A DNA stretch of 64,000 bases, taken from NCBI RefSeq assembly GCF_006345805.1, contig NC_043004.1, forward strand, positions 95,232,001 through 95,296,000. Direction: 5' to 3'. The notes under the pieces were generated by a model. The model was not told the DNA's origin. It saw only the letters and a program-made list of their open reading frames with translations, and did not search any database. This DNA is from Octopus sinensis. Its lineage: Eukaryota. A program made the position numbers and the translations under genes. Shown piece by piece: positions 1-12,636 of this stretch (position 1 is its first letter; the number at the start of each line of letters is the position of its first letter).

Positions 1-82
1 AATGCCCTAACCACTAACCCACGCTCCTTCAATTACGTAATACATATAATATGTGAGATGGATAGACCGCTCCAATTTGGAG

Positions 83-149
<67 letters not shown>

Positions 150-878
150 CCCTTATGGTATTTATGGTATTAGCAGAACTTCATCTAAAAACAATTGATA
201 CTCTACTCTAGGAGGCGTACAAACTTTAAAACAAACTATACATTTCACCAGTGTTTGGGAATGAGTAAACATTTTAAGTGTTTTAATAACTACCTCCAAG
301 TTCTTGATTATTTAAAAAATTAAATGAGAAACGTTAGATTTTATTTCATTAGAAATAAGCTCATTAAAGGTTTAACCAGACTATACTCTTTTTATATCAT
401 CAGCAGATTAAAGCCTTTAACTGATTAGATTGGAAGAGCCATAGATGGCTAAACACTAATTTAGATTTCAGGAAAACTGATCGTAATTAACTCGTGGTAG
501 AAGGCTAGAAGAAATTAAGCGGTATTGAAATGATATCAGTTCTGTACGGTTGTTCTAGTATTAAAAATAAAATTCATCTTCTGTAAACTATTTGCTGAGA
601 GATTATTATGTTGCTTGGAAAAATAAAAAGATTAGAAAAATCCATCTGTTTCAACGTCGTCATCATTTTACATCTGTTTTTCATGCTTGTGTAAGTTGGA
701 TGGATCTTCACTATGAAAGAATCTTGCCATTTTTTGCGTTCCCTTATCATCTGCTGTGTGAGATCATCCTTCCTGTGTTCTTCTCATTTTTTCCATGTTG
801 CCCTAGGTTTTTTCAACATATTCCTCCAAATTGGAGCGGTCTATCCATCTCACATATTATATGTATTATGTAATTGAA

Positions 879-1191
879 GGAGCGTGGGTTAGTGGTTAGG
901 GCATTCGGACCACGATCGTAAGGTCATGAGTTCGATTCCCGGTTGCGCGTTGTGTCCATGAACAAGACTGTGTTTCACGTGGCTCCAGTTCACTCAGCTG
1001 GCTAAAATAAGTAGCCCCTGTATTTGAAGGAGCCAGCCTCGTCATATTCTGTGTCATGCTGAATTTCCCTGAGAACTACTTTAATGATGGGCGTGTTTTT
1101 GGAGGGCTCAACCACTTGGACGTTAATTTCAGGAGCAGGTTGTCGCATTAATCGGATCAACTGGAACCCTCGTCATCGTAACCGACGGGAG
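879..1191 (+). mobile_element. tRNA-derived SINE (head like 12637 copy, tail like 15100 copy)
   Basis: Pol III A/B-box head (GGAGCGTGGGTTAGTGGTTAG...GAGTTCGATTCCCGG). The 3' half (CCTGTATTT...GGAACCCTCGTCATCGTAACCGACGG) matches the reverse complement of 15110-15290. Confidence 0.8.
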
Positions 1192-1406
1192 TACCAGGTA
1201 ATGTATCACTTATCCGTCCAAGTGCAGTACCTCTCTTTCCTCTCTTGCAAACTACAACCGACCCCTACCTCTTTTTATACATTTATTCTTTCAGCTTATT
1301 TGTACTTCATCATTCGTTCATAAGAGCATTTCCTATTTATCAAAGCATGCGTGAGTCTCTTTTCAGTTTTCGTATCTCCTCAATTTGCAATGTCCATATT
1401 TTATTA

Positions 1407-1490
1407 CAGTAGTTCCTCGACTATCGCGGGTGTTACGTTCCAAAACACCCCACGATAGGTGAAAATCCGCGATAGGTGAAAATCCGCGAA
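1407..1490 (+). mobile_element. pogo/Tigger-like terminal inverted repeat fragment
   Basis: TA|CAGTAGTTCCTCGACTATCGCGGGTGTTACGTTCC resembles Tigger/MER2-type ends, followed by a 17-bp tandem duplication (GATAGGTGAAAATCCGC). No partner TIR seen. Confidence 0.45.
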
Positions 1491-1711
1491 TGTGCTAACG
1501 ATTCTGCCAGCTCGCTGCCTTATCGTGTGGAACATTTTGCATGTATATCAATATTCTAAAGTTGGACATACTATCCCTTATCCTAAAGCTGCTTCAAACA
1601 ATTAGGAAGGGTTCCCGACTCGTTGCACCGTCTGCTTTCAATATTGGATTGTGATTCGGCTCAGCCCAAACTCTCTCAGATTTTGTCTGCTGTTGCCTAC
1701 TCCTACAAGGA

Positions 1712-3250
1712 TTGCACCTGTTTTTTGTTCCTGATTTAACTCCGATTTGTCCTAGAGCCCATAGAAGATTGTTTTTAGTCAACCATCCATCATGTCAGAT
1801 ACCTACGGATCGAGACAGATCTGCAAGAAGGGCTTCTCATCAAGATGATGGTCCTACCAATAGTCAGCTCAACGGGCAGTTGCTGTTGCTCAAACAAGAG
1901 GTCGAGCACCTAAAGTCTGTTGTTGCTCTCTTACTGAATAAACAGTCTCCTGTTGACGCAGAGTCACCCTTGATTTCTTCCCTGGAGACGTCCAAACCGA
2001 AGGGAACAAAATCGAAGCGGCCAAAGAAGGCGAAGGAACCGGCGGTCGTTTCTGCACATGATCGTTCCTGTGCGGATACTTCCCCATCTGCCTTTTCGGT
2101 CCCGGAGGTTCCCCAACCGAATTTGAGGAGCGTAGACTCAAACACACCTGAAGACCGTTGTTCTCCCCAAAAGAAGAAACCTCGTCAAAACTCCAGTGGG
2201 GCGGATTTAGCTATGAAACCTGACCACGATAAACAGTCTCCTGTTGACGCAGAGTCACCCTTGATTTCTTCCCTGGAGACGTCCAAACCGAAGGGAACAA
2301 AATCGAAGCGGCCAAAGAAGGCGAAGGAACCGGCGGTCGTTTCTGCACATGATCGTTCCTGTACGGATTCTTCCTCATCTGCCTTTTCGGTCCCGGAGGT
2401 TCCCCAACCTAATTTGAGGAGCGTAGGCTCAAACCCTCCTGAAGACCGTTGTTTTCCCCAAAAGAAGAAACGTAGTCAAAACTCCAGAGGGGCAGATTTG
2501 GCTATGAAACCTGATCACGATAAAATCCGTTTGGATTCTCCCTCACCTGTCCTTCCCATTAATGCCATTGCTCAACCAATTCTGAACGATCTCGATGTGA
2601 GTTCATCTGGGGAGTGGCGCTCCCCCAAACCGAAGAAGAGGCAGTGCAGTTCCAAACCAGGCGGGAAAATTATGACCACTAAACCTATTCCGATCGACCC
2701 CACAGGCCGACATAAGTCCGATGGCTATGAAACCACCCTTTCGAAATCCTCCAATGAAGAATCGAATACCACAGCTCATAGTAGAGAACATTTTGCCCAC
2801 TCAAGATCAGCAATAATTTACGGTAAAGCTGAATCCACCCGTGATACAGGCATAAACCGCCTAAAAGATGACATTAATTTTGTTTCCATTTTGGTTGGAG
2901 AATTGTTCTCTGTGAACGAAAAGGTCAGTGTCCTTAAGGTCGCTCGGCTAGGAAGATTCCAAGCGAACCCAACCGCAGATACTAGACCACGCCCAATAAG
3001 AGTAATCTTTTCTTCTGATCGGGAGGCTTCAGTCTTTCTGAACAGAGCTCAGACGCATGCCTGGGAGGACCCCAATATGGGTTTTCGCGAGGAATACTCA
3101 CTAAGAGAGAGAATTCGCCGGAGAAACCTGATATCCGAACTAAAGATGAGGAAACAAATGGGAGAGAAGGGTTTACGAATCCAAGATGGACAGATAATCA
3201 AGTCCTACCTCTGGTCCCATGCTGTAGTGCTGACAGGGAAAGTGATGTGA
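1712..3250 (+). CDS. LINE ORF1 protein (coiled coil, duplicated Ser/Pro/Lys-rich segment, C-terminal RRM-like region)
   Basis: 512-codon open frame with C-terminal 'YGKAES...VLKVARLG...RPRPIRVIF...FREEYSLRERIRRRNL', typical of CR1-type ORF1. No in-frame ATG until 2213; the probable true start is ATG 1792 with a 1-bp deletion near 1830-1837. Confidence 0.8.
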   Translation: MHLFFVPDLTPICPRAHRRLFLVNHPSCQIPTDRDRSARRASHQDDGPTNSQLNGQLLLLKQEVEHLKSVVALLLNKQSPVDAESPLISSLETSKPKGTKSKRPKKAKEPAVVSAHDRSCADTSPSAFSVPEVPQPNLRSVDSNTPEDRCSPQKKKPRQNSSGADLAMKPDHDKQSPVDAESPLISSLETSKPKGTKSKRPKKAKEPAVVSAHDRSCTDSSSSAFSVPEVPQPNLRSVGSNPPEDRCFPQKKKRSQNSRGADLAMKPDHDKIRLDSPSPVLPINAIAQPILNDLDVSSSGEWRSPKPKKRQCSSKPGGKIMTTKPIPIDPTGRHKSDGYETTLSKSSNEESNTTAHSREHFAHSRSAIIYGKAESTRDTGINRLKDDINFVSILVGELFSVNEKVSVLKVARLGRFQANPTADTRPRPIRVIFSSDREASVFLNRAQTHAWEDPNMGFREEYSLRERIRRRNLISELKMRKQMGEKGLRIQDGQIIKSYLWSHAVVLTGKVM

Positions 3251-3314
3251 GGGCAAATCGAAGTGAAGTTGATACCCCCGTCAACGATGCTATCTCTGAT
3301 ACCCCTTATTCTGC

Positions 3315-6135
3315 TTGTTCCCAACTCCCGCCCCTCAGACTTCACAGCTCAGCATCGTCTACACCAACTCGTGCTCCTTATTCCCAAAGTTCAGTGAACT
3401 ATTTACAGTGGCCATACGTAACTCCCCTGATGTGATAGCTATCACCGAGACTTGGCTGACTCCAGCAGTAAAGGACTCAGAAATCCACCTGCAGGGCTAC
3501 GTCCTTTTCAGATGTGACAGAGGAAAAAGGCGAGGTGGAGGTGTTGCTGTGTATGTTAAGTCTGAGCACAAACCGTCCAGCGGTATTCTACCCACTAATG
3601 CTCAGCCTACAACAAAATTCCATGCCGTCTATTGCAAGCTGAGCCTATCTGATTTTTGCCTGCCCGTGTTGGCTGTCTACAGGCCGCCTCTTGCCGACCC
3701 CCAGGACGATGCTCATTTACTCGAAGCGATAAGATTCGTTTCAGCTTCGCATGACTGTTTGGTACTAGGAGACTTCAACGCTCCCACGATCGATTGGCCC
3801 GCATCAATTTGTACAACATCTTCCCGGTTCGGCCAGGCCCTTCTTGACGTGGCTGAAGATTGTTTTCTATCGCAACATGTTGAATATCCGACAAGGCATC
3901 GGTCTGGGCAGCAGTCATCTATGCTAGATCTGGTATTCTCCCGCTATCCAAGATCAGTGTCAGACGTATCTGTGTGCGCCCCTCTTGCCAAGAGTGATCA
4001 TGCGGTTCTGAAGTTCGTCATGCACACAACTTTTTCTGCGCCCACGACTACTTCGCTGCCACGTAGAGTCTTCTCTGCAATTAATCTTGAAATTCTAACC
4101 GAGGCTTCCGCGCTTCTGGACTGGCGTTCCCTGATGACGTTGTCCTCAGTTGACGAACTATGGTCATCCCTCAAAGCATATGTAATCTGTTTGACTGACC
4201 AGGCAGTTCCCGTTGGGCTTCCCAAGAGGAAGAAACACAAGCCCTGGGTGACGAAGAGGGTTAAACGAGAACGTCGACTCAGAGATATTGCTTGGGCTGA
4301 ATTCAAAAATCTGGATTCGACTGCAGCTTTTGAGGTGTACAAAACTCAACGAGACCGAGCCGTGAAAATCGAAAAGAAAGAACGCTTCAGTTATGAATAC
4401 AAAATTGCGGCAAATGCCAGTAGCAATCCAAAAACCTTCTTTGCCCATGTCCAGCGGAATTCCCGCTTGAACAACCAGATTGCAACGTTGGTAGACTCAA
4501 CAGGCGTATCGATTGAGGACCCTTATCAACAAGAGTCAATTATTTGCCGAGGCTTTTTCAACTATTTTCAAACAAGATGATGGTCGTGAACCCCCTCCAT
4601 TTGATAGATCGGTACCTCCAATGCTTCGATTGGTCATCACGCAGGACGAAGTCAAACGTGTTATTCAAGGCCTCGATGTCAACAAGGGTCACGGCCCTGA
4701 CGGCATACACCCACAGGTTATCAAAGCGTTGGCTCCGGTCATCTGCGATCCCTTAACACGACTATTCAATATGTCATTGGCGACGGGTGTTATACCTGCA
4801 GACTGGAGAACAGCGATAATCTGCCCAATTTTCAAGAAAGGGAGCCGCGAAGACCCGCTTAACTACCGACCGGTTTCCCTTACATCAATAATCAGCAAGA
4901 TGTTCGAAACCATCCTTAAGAAAAGTATGATGCTCCACCTCCTAAACACAGCCTCTATCTCTGATTCCCAACACGGCTTCGTGCCAAAGAGATCATGCTT
5001 GACCAACTTACTAGTAATGGAAGAATTGGTGACGCGCATCCTCGATGATAGTGATGCTGTTGACATCGTTTTACTGGACTTTGCCAAAGCTTTTGACTCG
5101 GTAAACCACCGCCTATTACTTGTCAAGCTTCAAGCATATAGTTTCCATCCGGATATTGTACGATGGGTTGGTGCCTTCCTCTCAGATCGCTCCTTCCAAG
5201 TCCAAGTTAATGGTTCGCGGTCCGACGTCTCCAGTGCGAGCAGTGGCGTGCCTCAAGGTTCAGTGCTTGGGCCCTTGTTGTTCTTAGTCTTCATAAATGA
5301 CTTGCCCGACGACCTCACGCAACACACCCTTCTACTTGCCGACGATATCAAACTGGTCGCTCCTCGCGGTAATATAGAGGATCTTCGTCGATGCCTCCAC
5401 CAAATTTGGAAGTGGTCTAACGATTGGGACATGTGTCTGAACGTGTCAAAGTGCTGTCATCTGCCTGTCGGCTCTACTCCTGCAACTCAACTTGATTTCG
5501 AGCCGGGTCGTCTGCTGCTGGAGAGGACCGATCAGGTAAAGGACCTAGGTATCTTGGTGGATTCCTCCTTTTCGCCTTCGGCCCAGTGCGTCCATGCTGC
5601 CAACAAAGCGCGCGGAATTCTGTTCTTGATTCGACGGTCATTCGGAATGCTCACAGCAGCCATATTCCTACCACTCTATGTCACGCTGGTGAGACCCATA
5701 TTGGAGTATGGGATTCAAGCCTCTTCTCCTTATCTCCTCAAAGACATACAGCATCTCGAAAGAGTCCAGAAGCTGGCTACCCGCATGGTTCATGGTCTCA
5801 AAAATTTGTCCTACGAAGAAAGGCTGAGGACGCTCGACCTTTACTCTCTTGAAAAACGCCGCCGCCGTAGTGATCTCATTCTCGCCCACAACATCATAAG
5901 CGGAAAGTGTAACCTCTCGAAAGAGCTGTTCTTCACTCCTGCTCCAGAGCGTCGGCTGCGGGGTCATTCCGAAAAGCTCTACCTGCGACGATTTCATCTC
6001 AATCGAAGGAGAGGAGCTTTCTCCGTCCGGGTTGCGGATCCGTGGAACAAGCTGCCAGACGAGATGGTGAAGATGCCGACGACCGCTTTGTTCAAAGCCT
6101 CCCTGGACCTCAAGTGGCCTGAACTCTTTACATGA
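3315..6135 (+). pseudogene. LINE ORF2 (APE endonuclease + reverse transcriptase) with one frameshift
   Basis: APE motifs YTN, ITETW, LGDFN, SMLDLV, SDH (3315-4580). RT motifs QHGF, LDFAKAFD, GVPQGSVLGP, LADD (4513-6135). Removing one base at ~4530 restores 'DPYQKSQLFAEAF'. Confidence 0.92.
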
Positions 6136-6221
6136 ACATCACCCTGTACTTAACTCCATGTCCCCCTACATGGCCTTGCTATTTGCTTTTGAGCCAAATT
6201 AACTAACTAACTTATCTAATA

Positions 6222-6238
6222 TAATAATTATGATGATG

Positions 6239-6303
<65 letters not shown>

Positions 6304-6845
6304 CAAAATGTGGATGATGAGGGTGGTTGTGTTCTGAGAGGAGGGGTTTGTCAGTTAAATCAATCCCAGCACTTGATGCCGGGAGATTGAATGACAAAGT
6401 TGACCTTGCCGACATTAGAACTCAGAACGTAAAGGGTTCTGTCTTAATATTGCAATGTATGTTGTTCGATACTTCAACGATTCATATAATTTGCTGCTCA
6501 TGATGATGATGATGATGATGATGATTATGATGATGTTAATAATGGTTTCAAACTGTAAAAATACTGAGTTATCTAACAATAAGAATATCGACAACATCAA
6601 CAACAACAATAAAAAATAGAATTTGATGAGAAATTAAGATAACGATGACGATAACAAGGAGAGAGGAGGAGAAGAGGGGAGGAGGCGGAAGAAGAAAAAG
6701 AAGAAGAAGAAGAGAAGAAGAAGAAGAAGAAGAAGAAGAAGAAGAAGAAGGAGAAAAAGAAGAAAACGAAGAAGAAGGAGAAAAAGAAGAAGAAGGAGAA
6801 AAAGAAGAAGAAGAAAAATAAGAAGAAGAAGAAGAAGAAGAAGAT
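6222..6845. repeat. (TAA)n, (GAT)n and (GAA)n microsatellite cluster with SINE remnants
   Basis: (TAA)n 6222-6303, (GAT)n ~6500-6535, (GAA)n ~6685-6845. Confidence 0.9.
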
Positions 6846-8035
6846 TATGATGTCATTACATTAAGTTCCTCATTCCCATCACTAAACCATCTTTAAAACC
6901 ATCCAGCCTCACTGTGACAAAAAGCTCATCCGCAATTCTTATTGTGATTTCTGTAATAAGTGGTAAAGTTTGAAATTATAAATATTGGATGTGGCATTAG
7001 ACTGATGGAAAAAATAAATAATAATAATACCAAAAAACAAACAACAGCAGCAGCAACAACAACAACAACCACCCATACCTTCCTATCTATACCTTGTTAT
7101 TATTGACACACACACCAACATTATTCATACTTTTACATTTAATGATTTTATTTTATTGCTCTCCTGCTTATGGAGTTATTTCTAGTGTTTGTAGATTATT
7201 TCTCCCTCCTACTTCAACTTGCATTGATTTCAGTTCAGGAGAGCTTCACATTCATGCGCTTGTTTGTTTATAATTGGGAATTTTTTATTTATTTATTTAT
7301 TTATGTGCGTAAGTACTTTTTATTTTAATTTATATTTAATTTTTTTTTTTTTCGTGAAGAAGAAGGGGGGAAATTTTGTCAATTTGCTTTTTGGTTTGTT
7401 GTCTGTTTTTATTTTTATTTTTATTTTACTTATTTATTATTTTTTTTTTTGTTCAAATTTTTAAAAAAATATTTTTCTTTATTTCACACCTTTGAATTAT
7501 CTTTTCGATATAATTTTTACAATTTTGCAAAAGCTGGGTGGGATGTGAATAAAGTTTAGATTCTGCTGTTTTTTTTTTCTTGCTATTGCAGTTGTCATTC
7601 TTCAAAAAATTTTAAAAACGATTATGTGTGTGTGTGTGTGTATGTGTGTGTGTATGTGTGTGTGTGTGTGTGTGTTCTTTTCTGTATGCGTATGTATGTA
7701 CGTGCGTTTGTGCGAGCGCGTGTGCGTTGTGTGCATTGATAAAATAGACATCATAAATAAAATAAACTGTTGCGGCATGATTTTTCTAGTAATTATCATC
7801 TTATTGTATTGGGCATTGCAATGTGCCTTTACACGTATACAGTTATCATAGAAACATATATGCATTTACGACAGACATGCACACTCACACGCACATGTAT
7901 GTGTGTATATATTCCTATCCATACATCAATGTATATATATATATGTTTGTGCTTGTGTGCGTGTTCAAAAAATGAACGCGCATATTCTTACATGCACATA
8001 TCCCCTTCGCGTATATAGAGATAGATTGATGAATT

Positions 8036-8372
8036 GAGGCGTGGCTATCTGGTAACAAGCTTCCTTCCCAATCACATGGTTCCGCGTTCAGTCTCAATGC
8101 GTGGCACCTTGGGCAAGTGTTTTCTATTATAGCCTCGGGCCGACCAAAACCTTGAGAGTGCATTTGGTAGAGGGAAGCTGAAAAAATGTGTATATATATG
8201 TGTTACTTTGTGCTTGTGTTTGTCCTCCCACCCGCTTGACAACTGACGTTGGTGTGCCTATGTACCCGTAACTTAGCGGTTTGTCCTGGGATCGATTTGT
8301 TTGACCAAAACCCTTCAAGGCCGAGCCCCAACATGGCCGAAGTCAAATGACTGAAACAACCAAAAGAAAAGC
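8036..8372 (+). mobile_element. SINE family B copy (diverged)
   Basis: Head ...CACATGGTTCCGCGTTCAGTC, body CCTTGGGCAAGTG...GGGCCGACCAA, tail CATGGCCGAAGTCAAATGACTGAAAC. Confidence 0.8.
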
Positions 8373-8732
8373 CATGTGAAAGCTTTTGAGTATATTTGAA
8401 TGCATGTGTATGTGATTGTACATATGTATTTTTTCACTCTCTCGCTATCACTCTCTTTCTTTCTCTCTCCTCCCTCTCTCTATATCACTCTGTTTCTATC
8501 TCTCTCCTCTCTCTCTATCTCTCTTTCACTCTCTCCTCTCTCTCTCTTTTTCTCTCTCACACTCACTGACATGTTTCAGTGTGTGTGTATGATAGAGATG
8601 AATTGCATCTACAAGGAGAAAAAACTGCGTGCAAAGTGGATACCGCGGTAGTTGATACACGATTTGAAGGGGAGATGTATGGAAGCCTGTTCTGATCTTT
8701 TGGAAGTTTGAAGCGAATCTTTTATAGTCTTA

Positions 8733-8943
8733 TCTTTTACTTGCTTTAGTTATTAGATTTCGGCCATGCTGGGGTACCAACTTGAAAACATTTTATGGAA
8801 CGAATCGAGCCCAGTACTTATTTTAAGTATGGTACTTGTTCTATCGGCCTCTTTACCGAACTGCTATGGTAAGGGGACGTAAACAAACCATCACCGTTTG
8901 TCAAGTGGTGGTGGGGAACAAACACAAACACAAAGACATACAC

Positions 8944-8984
<41 letters not shown>

Positions 8985-9146
8985 GGCAGGCTTCTTTCAG
9001 TTTCAGTCTGCCAAATGCACTTACAAGTCTTCGGTCAGCCCGAGGCTATAGTAGAAGACACCAACCCAAGGTGCCACCCAGTGGGACTGAACCCGGAACC
9101 ATGTGGTTGGGAAGTTAACTTCTTACCATACGGCCATGCCCGCGCC
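8733..9146 (-). mobile_element. SINE family B copy with internal (TA)n
   Basis: Reverse complement of the family B consensus seen at 41961 and 53536. Confidence 0.8.
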
Positions 9147-9187
9147 TATAAAAACATTTGTGTTATCTTCTTTTCTTTTGCGATATG

Positions 9188-9800
9188 GTGACAGGGAATG
9201 AAACAAGGATGTATCTATATGATCTCCCAGAAAAAAAGGCCAATTCACATGGAATGTCGCAAAGCCTTTTCTCCATGGCCTAAGAAACTCTAAGAGGTAA
9301 CAACTGGCACAAAAAGTCGAGGTGACTGATTTTCTGGAGATAGGGGTAGTGACAAAGGTGTCAATCGTCTCGATTTTCTGGAACTTGATTGTAACGTCGG
9401 TAGTGAGTGATACATTGAGATACTTAAGAGTCTTAGAGAAGCGTTAAAGAGAAAGAGATTCAATAAGAATTTGAAAATGATTCGCATTCACCATGGTAGT
9501 ACATGACCACATACATCTATGACAACAAATCAGGCAATTGGCAAATTGGATCTGCCTCTAACAACTTCCACCTTTGGTTCAATAAAGAACAGTCTTTGGG
9601 GGCCAACAATTTGGTGACATAGATGAGTGTAAGGGGGCATTAATAAGTATAACAGTGCACACTTGAATATTTTTGAAAAAGGATTCGCGTGTTAGGTTGG
9701 ACGATGTTATAAATGCATCCATGAATCCTTGTGATAAAGCCTACGTTCAGTTATACTTTTGTATTGAGAATGAGTCACGTTAACAACACGTGCAGTTTGT
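9188..9800 (+). mobile_element. Highly decayed mariner transposase remnant
   Basis: VTGNETRMYLYDLPEKK (compare mariner TGDETWVYxYDPE), then YIEILKSLREALKR; many stops and indels. Confidence 0.6.
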
Positions 9801-9821
9801 ATAACCGGTATCAGTTAATAA

Positions 9822-10053
9822 GGCGGCGAGCTGGCAGAAACGTTAGCACGCCGGGCGAAATACTTAGCGGTATTTCGTCTGCCGTTACGTTCTGAGTTCA
9901 AATTCCGCCGAGGTCGACTTTGCCTTTCATCCTTTCGGGGTCGATTAAATAAGTACCAGTTACGCACTGGGGTCGATATAATCGACTTAATCCGTTTGTC
10001 TGTCCTTGCTTGTCCCCTCTGTGTGTAGCCCCTTGTGGGCAGTAAAGAAATAA
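9822..10053 (+). mobile_element. SINE family A, full length, 14-bp TSD
   Basis: GGCGGCGAGCTGGCAGAAACG...GAGTTCAAATTCC...GCCCCTTGTGGGCAGTAAAGAAATAA. TSD GTATCAGTTAATAA at 9808-9821 and 10054-10067. Confidence 0.9.
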
Positions 10054-10149
10054 GTATCAGTTAATAAAAAAAGTTATGGTCATCTTTACACTACTTGTGG
10101 TAGTGTTTGTGTGTGGATAAAGAGTTCGCCAAGAGGTTAAAAAATTTGC

Positions 10150-10500
10150 TTTAGATAACTTAGATAACTTAGATATGTTTCGACCAAAGATTGGTCCAGA
10201 CCATGTCTAACTTAATAGCACCACCTGATAGGATTGTTCGAATCCTGTTTAAGTCAAGTTTTGTTTAAGTCAAGTTTTGTTCAAGTAGTGAGTTCTTGTT
10301 GGGTGAGTTGTATCCAATTATGGGTGGCTTATCTGGTATTCTTTGAAGGAATCTATCCAGACTCCGTTTAAAGTTGATGGGATCCTTTACAACAATGAGA
10401 TTGAATCTGGAATCTCATGGTTGCAAAGTCCGGGGTGCCACGCAGTGACATTCCGTTAAAGCGCACTTAAACATTGCCTCGAATCAGTCCAAGACGTGTG
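10150..10500 (-). mobile_element. 3' fragment of a CR1-clade LINE related to the 32.4-37 kb element
   Basis: Minus strand encodes KDPINFKRSLDRFLQRIPDKPPIIGYNSPNKNSLL. The 3' end GGTGGTGCTATTAAGTTAGACATGG...GAAAC carries a 9-nt repeat tail. Confidence 0.8.
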
Positions 10501-12636
10501 ACTGAAATTGGTTAAAGAGAAACTGTGGAAACATTGTCATACCGATTCTTACAAATGTTTACGATAAAAGTACGCATAACAGTGGAATATTCAACCACCC
10601 TAATTGAATGAGTAAGTTTTCCAGTTGACTGAAAACCTGAATATTCATTCAGTCAAATCGACATACGAGTATACACGCACATGCTCGCGCACACGTATAT
10701 ACACACTCTGTGTGCTTGTGTGTATGTATAAATGTACGTATATGCTGTGTGCATGTATATTTAGATGTGCGCTCAAATATGAAAATACCTTCGTACAGTT
10801 ACTGTCTCGGAGAAAATGTTCTTATCGACAATGAGGAAAAAAGGAAACCGAATAGGTTATGAATGACGTCATCAGATTGTGGGGAACGCGTTTCTGCATC
10901 ATTATGCTTCATCAGCTGCACACACTGAATTAGTTGTTCATAGCTTAGTAAGAACGACCGTTCTTATATGTAAATAGTAAATAACTTTACTGGCATGTGC
11001 AAGGCTTTATGAAGCTAAAATTATTTAGTTAGAATTATATTAAGCAATGATAAATTTTGAAATAGCTGTGTATATTTATGTTTAATACGTATGGAGCACC
11101 TTCGCTGTTTTGAAGGAGAAATTCTCCTTGCAGAGAATGCGTATGAAAACACACCGAGCTGAGATATGAATGACGTCATCAAACTAGGACACGTGTTTCT
11201 GCGTTGTTAGGCGTCATCAACAACAGACCGAATTAGCTGTCTATTGCGCACAAAGAACCACTGGCATGTACAAGCATAGTTGAGTGTACTTGAGAGCGTT
11301 AAATATCAATGTTCGAAGCTTTATTTTAATCATCACTGCTGGGTGCGCCTTTAATTAATTTCAGCTTGACAAAGCTTTGGAGACGCCAGCAAATTTATTA
11401 ATTGTTGTTTTCATATGAGAACGTCGATCGTTAGTGCAAGGTATGTAGCTGATGTAACGCAATGACTCAGAAATACGGGTCCTAGAGTTCGATGACATCC
11501 TTTATAGCTCTGATTGGGGTGTTTTCAAATACAGTGTTTACGAGTAGAATTTCTTATCGCAACGAACGTGTTTCCACGCTCGAGCTTTCACGAACGCGTT
11601 AAATATAAATCACCACAGATTTATATTATTAGTATGTAAGTAGTTGTGGGTATACTTTATGTTAATGGCTAAGAGCGATGTGGTTGCTTGTACGCATGTG
11701 TGTATTTTTGCTTCAGGGTATGTTTTCGGGTATTGCTATAAAATTGATTGCTCAAATAAGTGAAAGTATGATAGAAATCTAGGGCGATACATTTGCTTGC
11801 ATTAAAATGGATGTGTTTGTTAGTGTGAATGTGCATATTTTCTGTGCTGTTTATCATGTTAGAGTATCTTTTGATGTTCGTATATGTTATGGCAGTTGTG
11901 TAATTAATCGTTTCGGTTTATGTGTGTGCACGATTTTATTCCTACAATAGTGCGTATGTGTGTATTTGCATGTGAGTGCGCATGTGCAGTTTGTCGTATC
12001 AGTTTAGATATATGTAAATGAGCGGATATGTAGAAGGCGTTAGTGTTTGTGCATGTTAATGCTATGTGTACCTGGTATCTGAGTGTAAAATTTATGGTGT
12101 TAAAAGCCCATGCGTATATAGATATGTGAATTTATGATCAAATATGTGTGATATATAGTGTTTATATGCCAATTGTTGGCTCTTGAAGTTTCTTATGGAG
12201 AAAAGGTGTTACAACACACCATAGGAATGAGCCTTTCTTTCCGGAGGATCATAAAGATATGCCCTTCTTTCATTCCCTGTCACCATATCGCAAAAAAAAA
12301 AGGTTTATGCGCATGCGTAAATACGTGTGAGGTTGCATGTACTAGTAGGAGCTGCGGTGCTGTGTTGATTTTATGTGTTCGGGTGTTTAACTAAGTTTAG
12401 CACGTATATGTGAGAAAAGTTGAACAATAGAATCAGGGCGCTCGTGAATAACCGACGATTGAGCTGGACTTGATCTGTAGTGTGGCGTAAACTGCAAGCA
12501 TTGGCGTTGGCGTATCAGTTAGTCTGTTAGCTGTATGTTTGTGTAAGCGCATGCGTGTATACCACTAATTTACGTGCACACGTGAACATGTTCCGTTGCG
12601 CGTTGATGTATACAAGGTAACTATGTGTAATAGGTA

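Larger units (their letters stand above)
1525..6212 (+). mobile_element. Near-intact CR1-clade non-LTR retrotransposon (LINE 1 of this window)
   Basis: ORF1 followed by APE and RT. The 3' UTR has a CCATGT/ACATGG hairpin (6156-6173) and a (TAAC)n tail at 6200-6212. The 5' boundary is uncertain (1525-1712). Confidence 0.93.

Noticed and set aside
1-20. CCCTAACCACTAACCC as telomeric repeat
   Set aside because: Matches the reverse complement of a SINE head (GTGGTTAGGGCA), not a TTAGGG array.
6174-6200. Similarity of the LINE 1 tail (TGGCCTTG...GCCAAATT) to a SINE A variant tail (TGGCCTTGTGCCAAAATT)
   Set aside because: Short match with a large gap and no clear covariation; too weak to claim a partnership.
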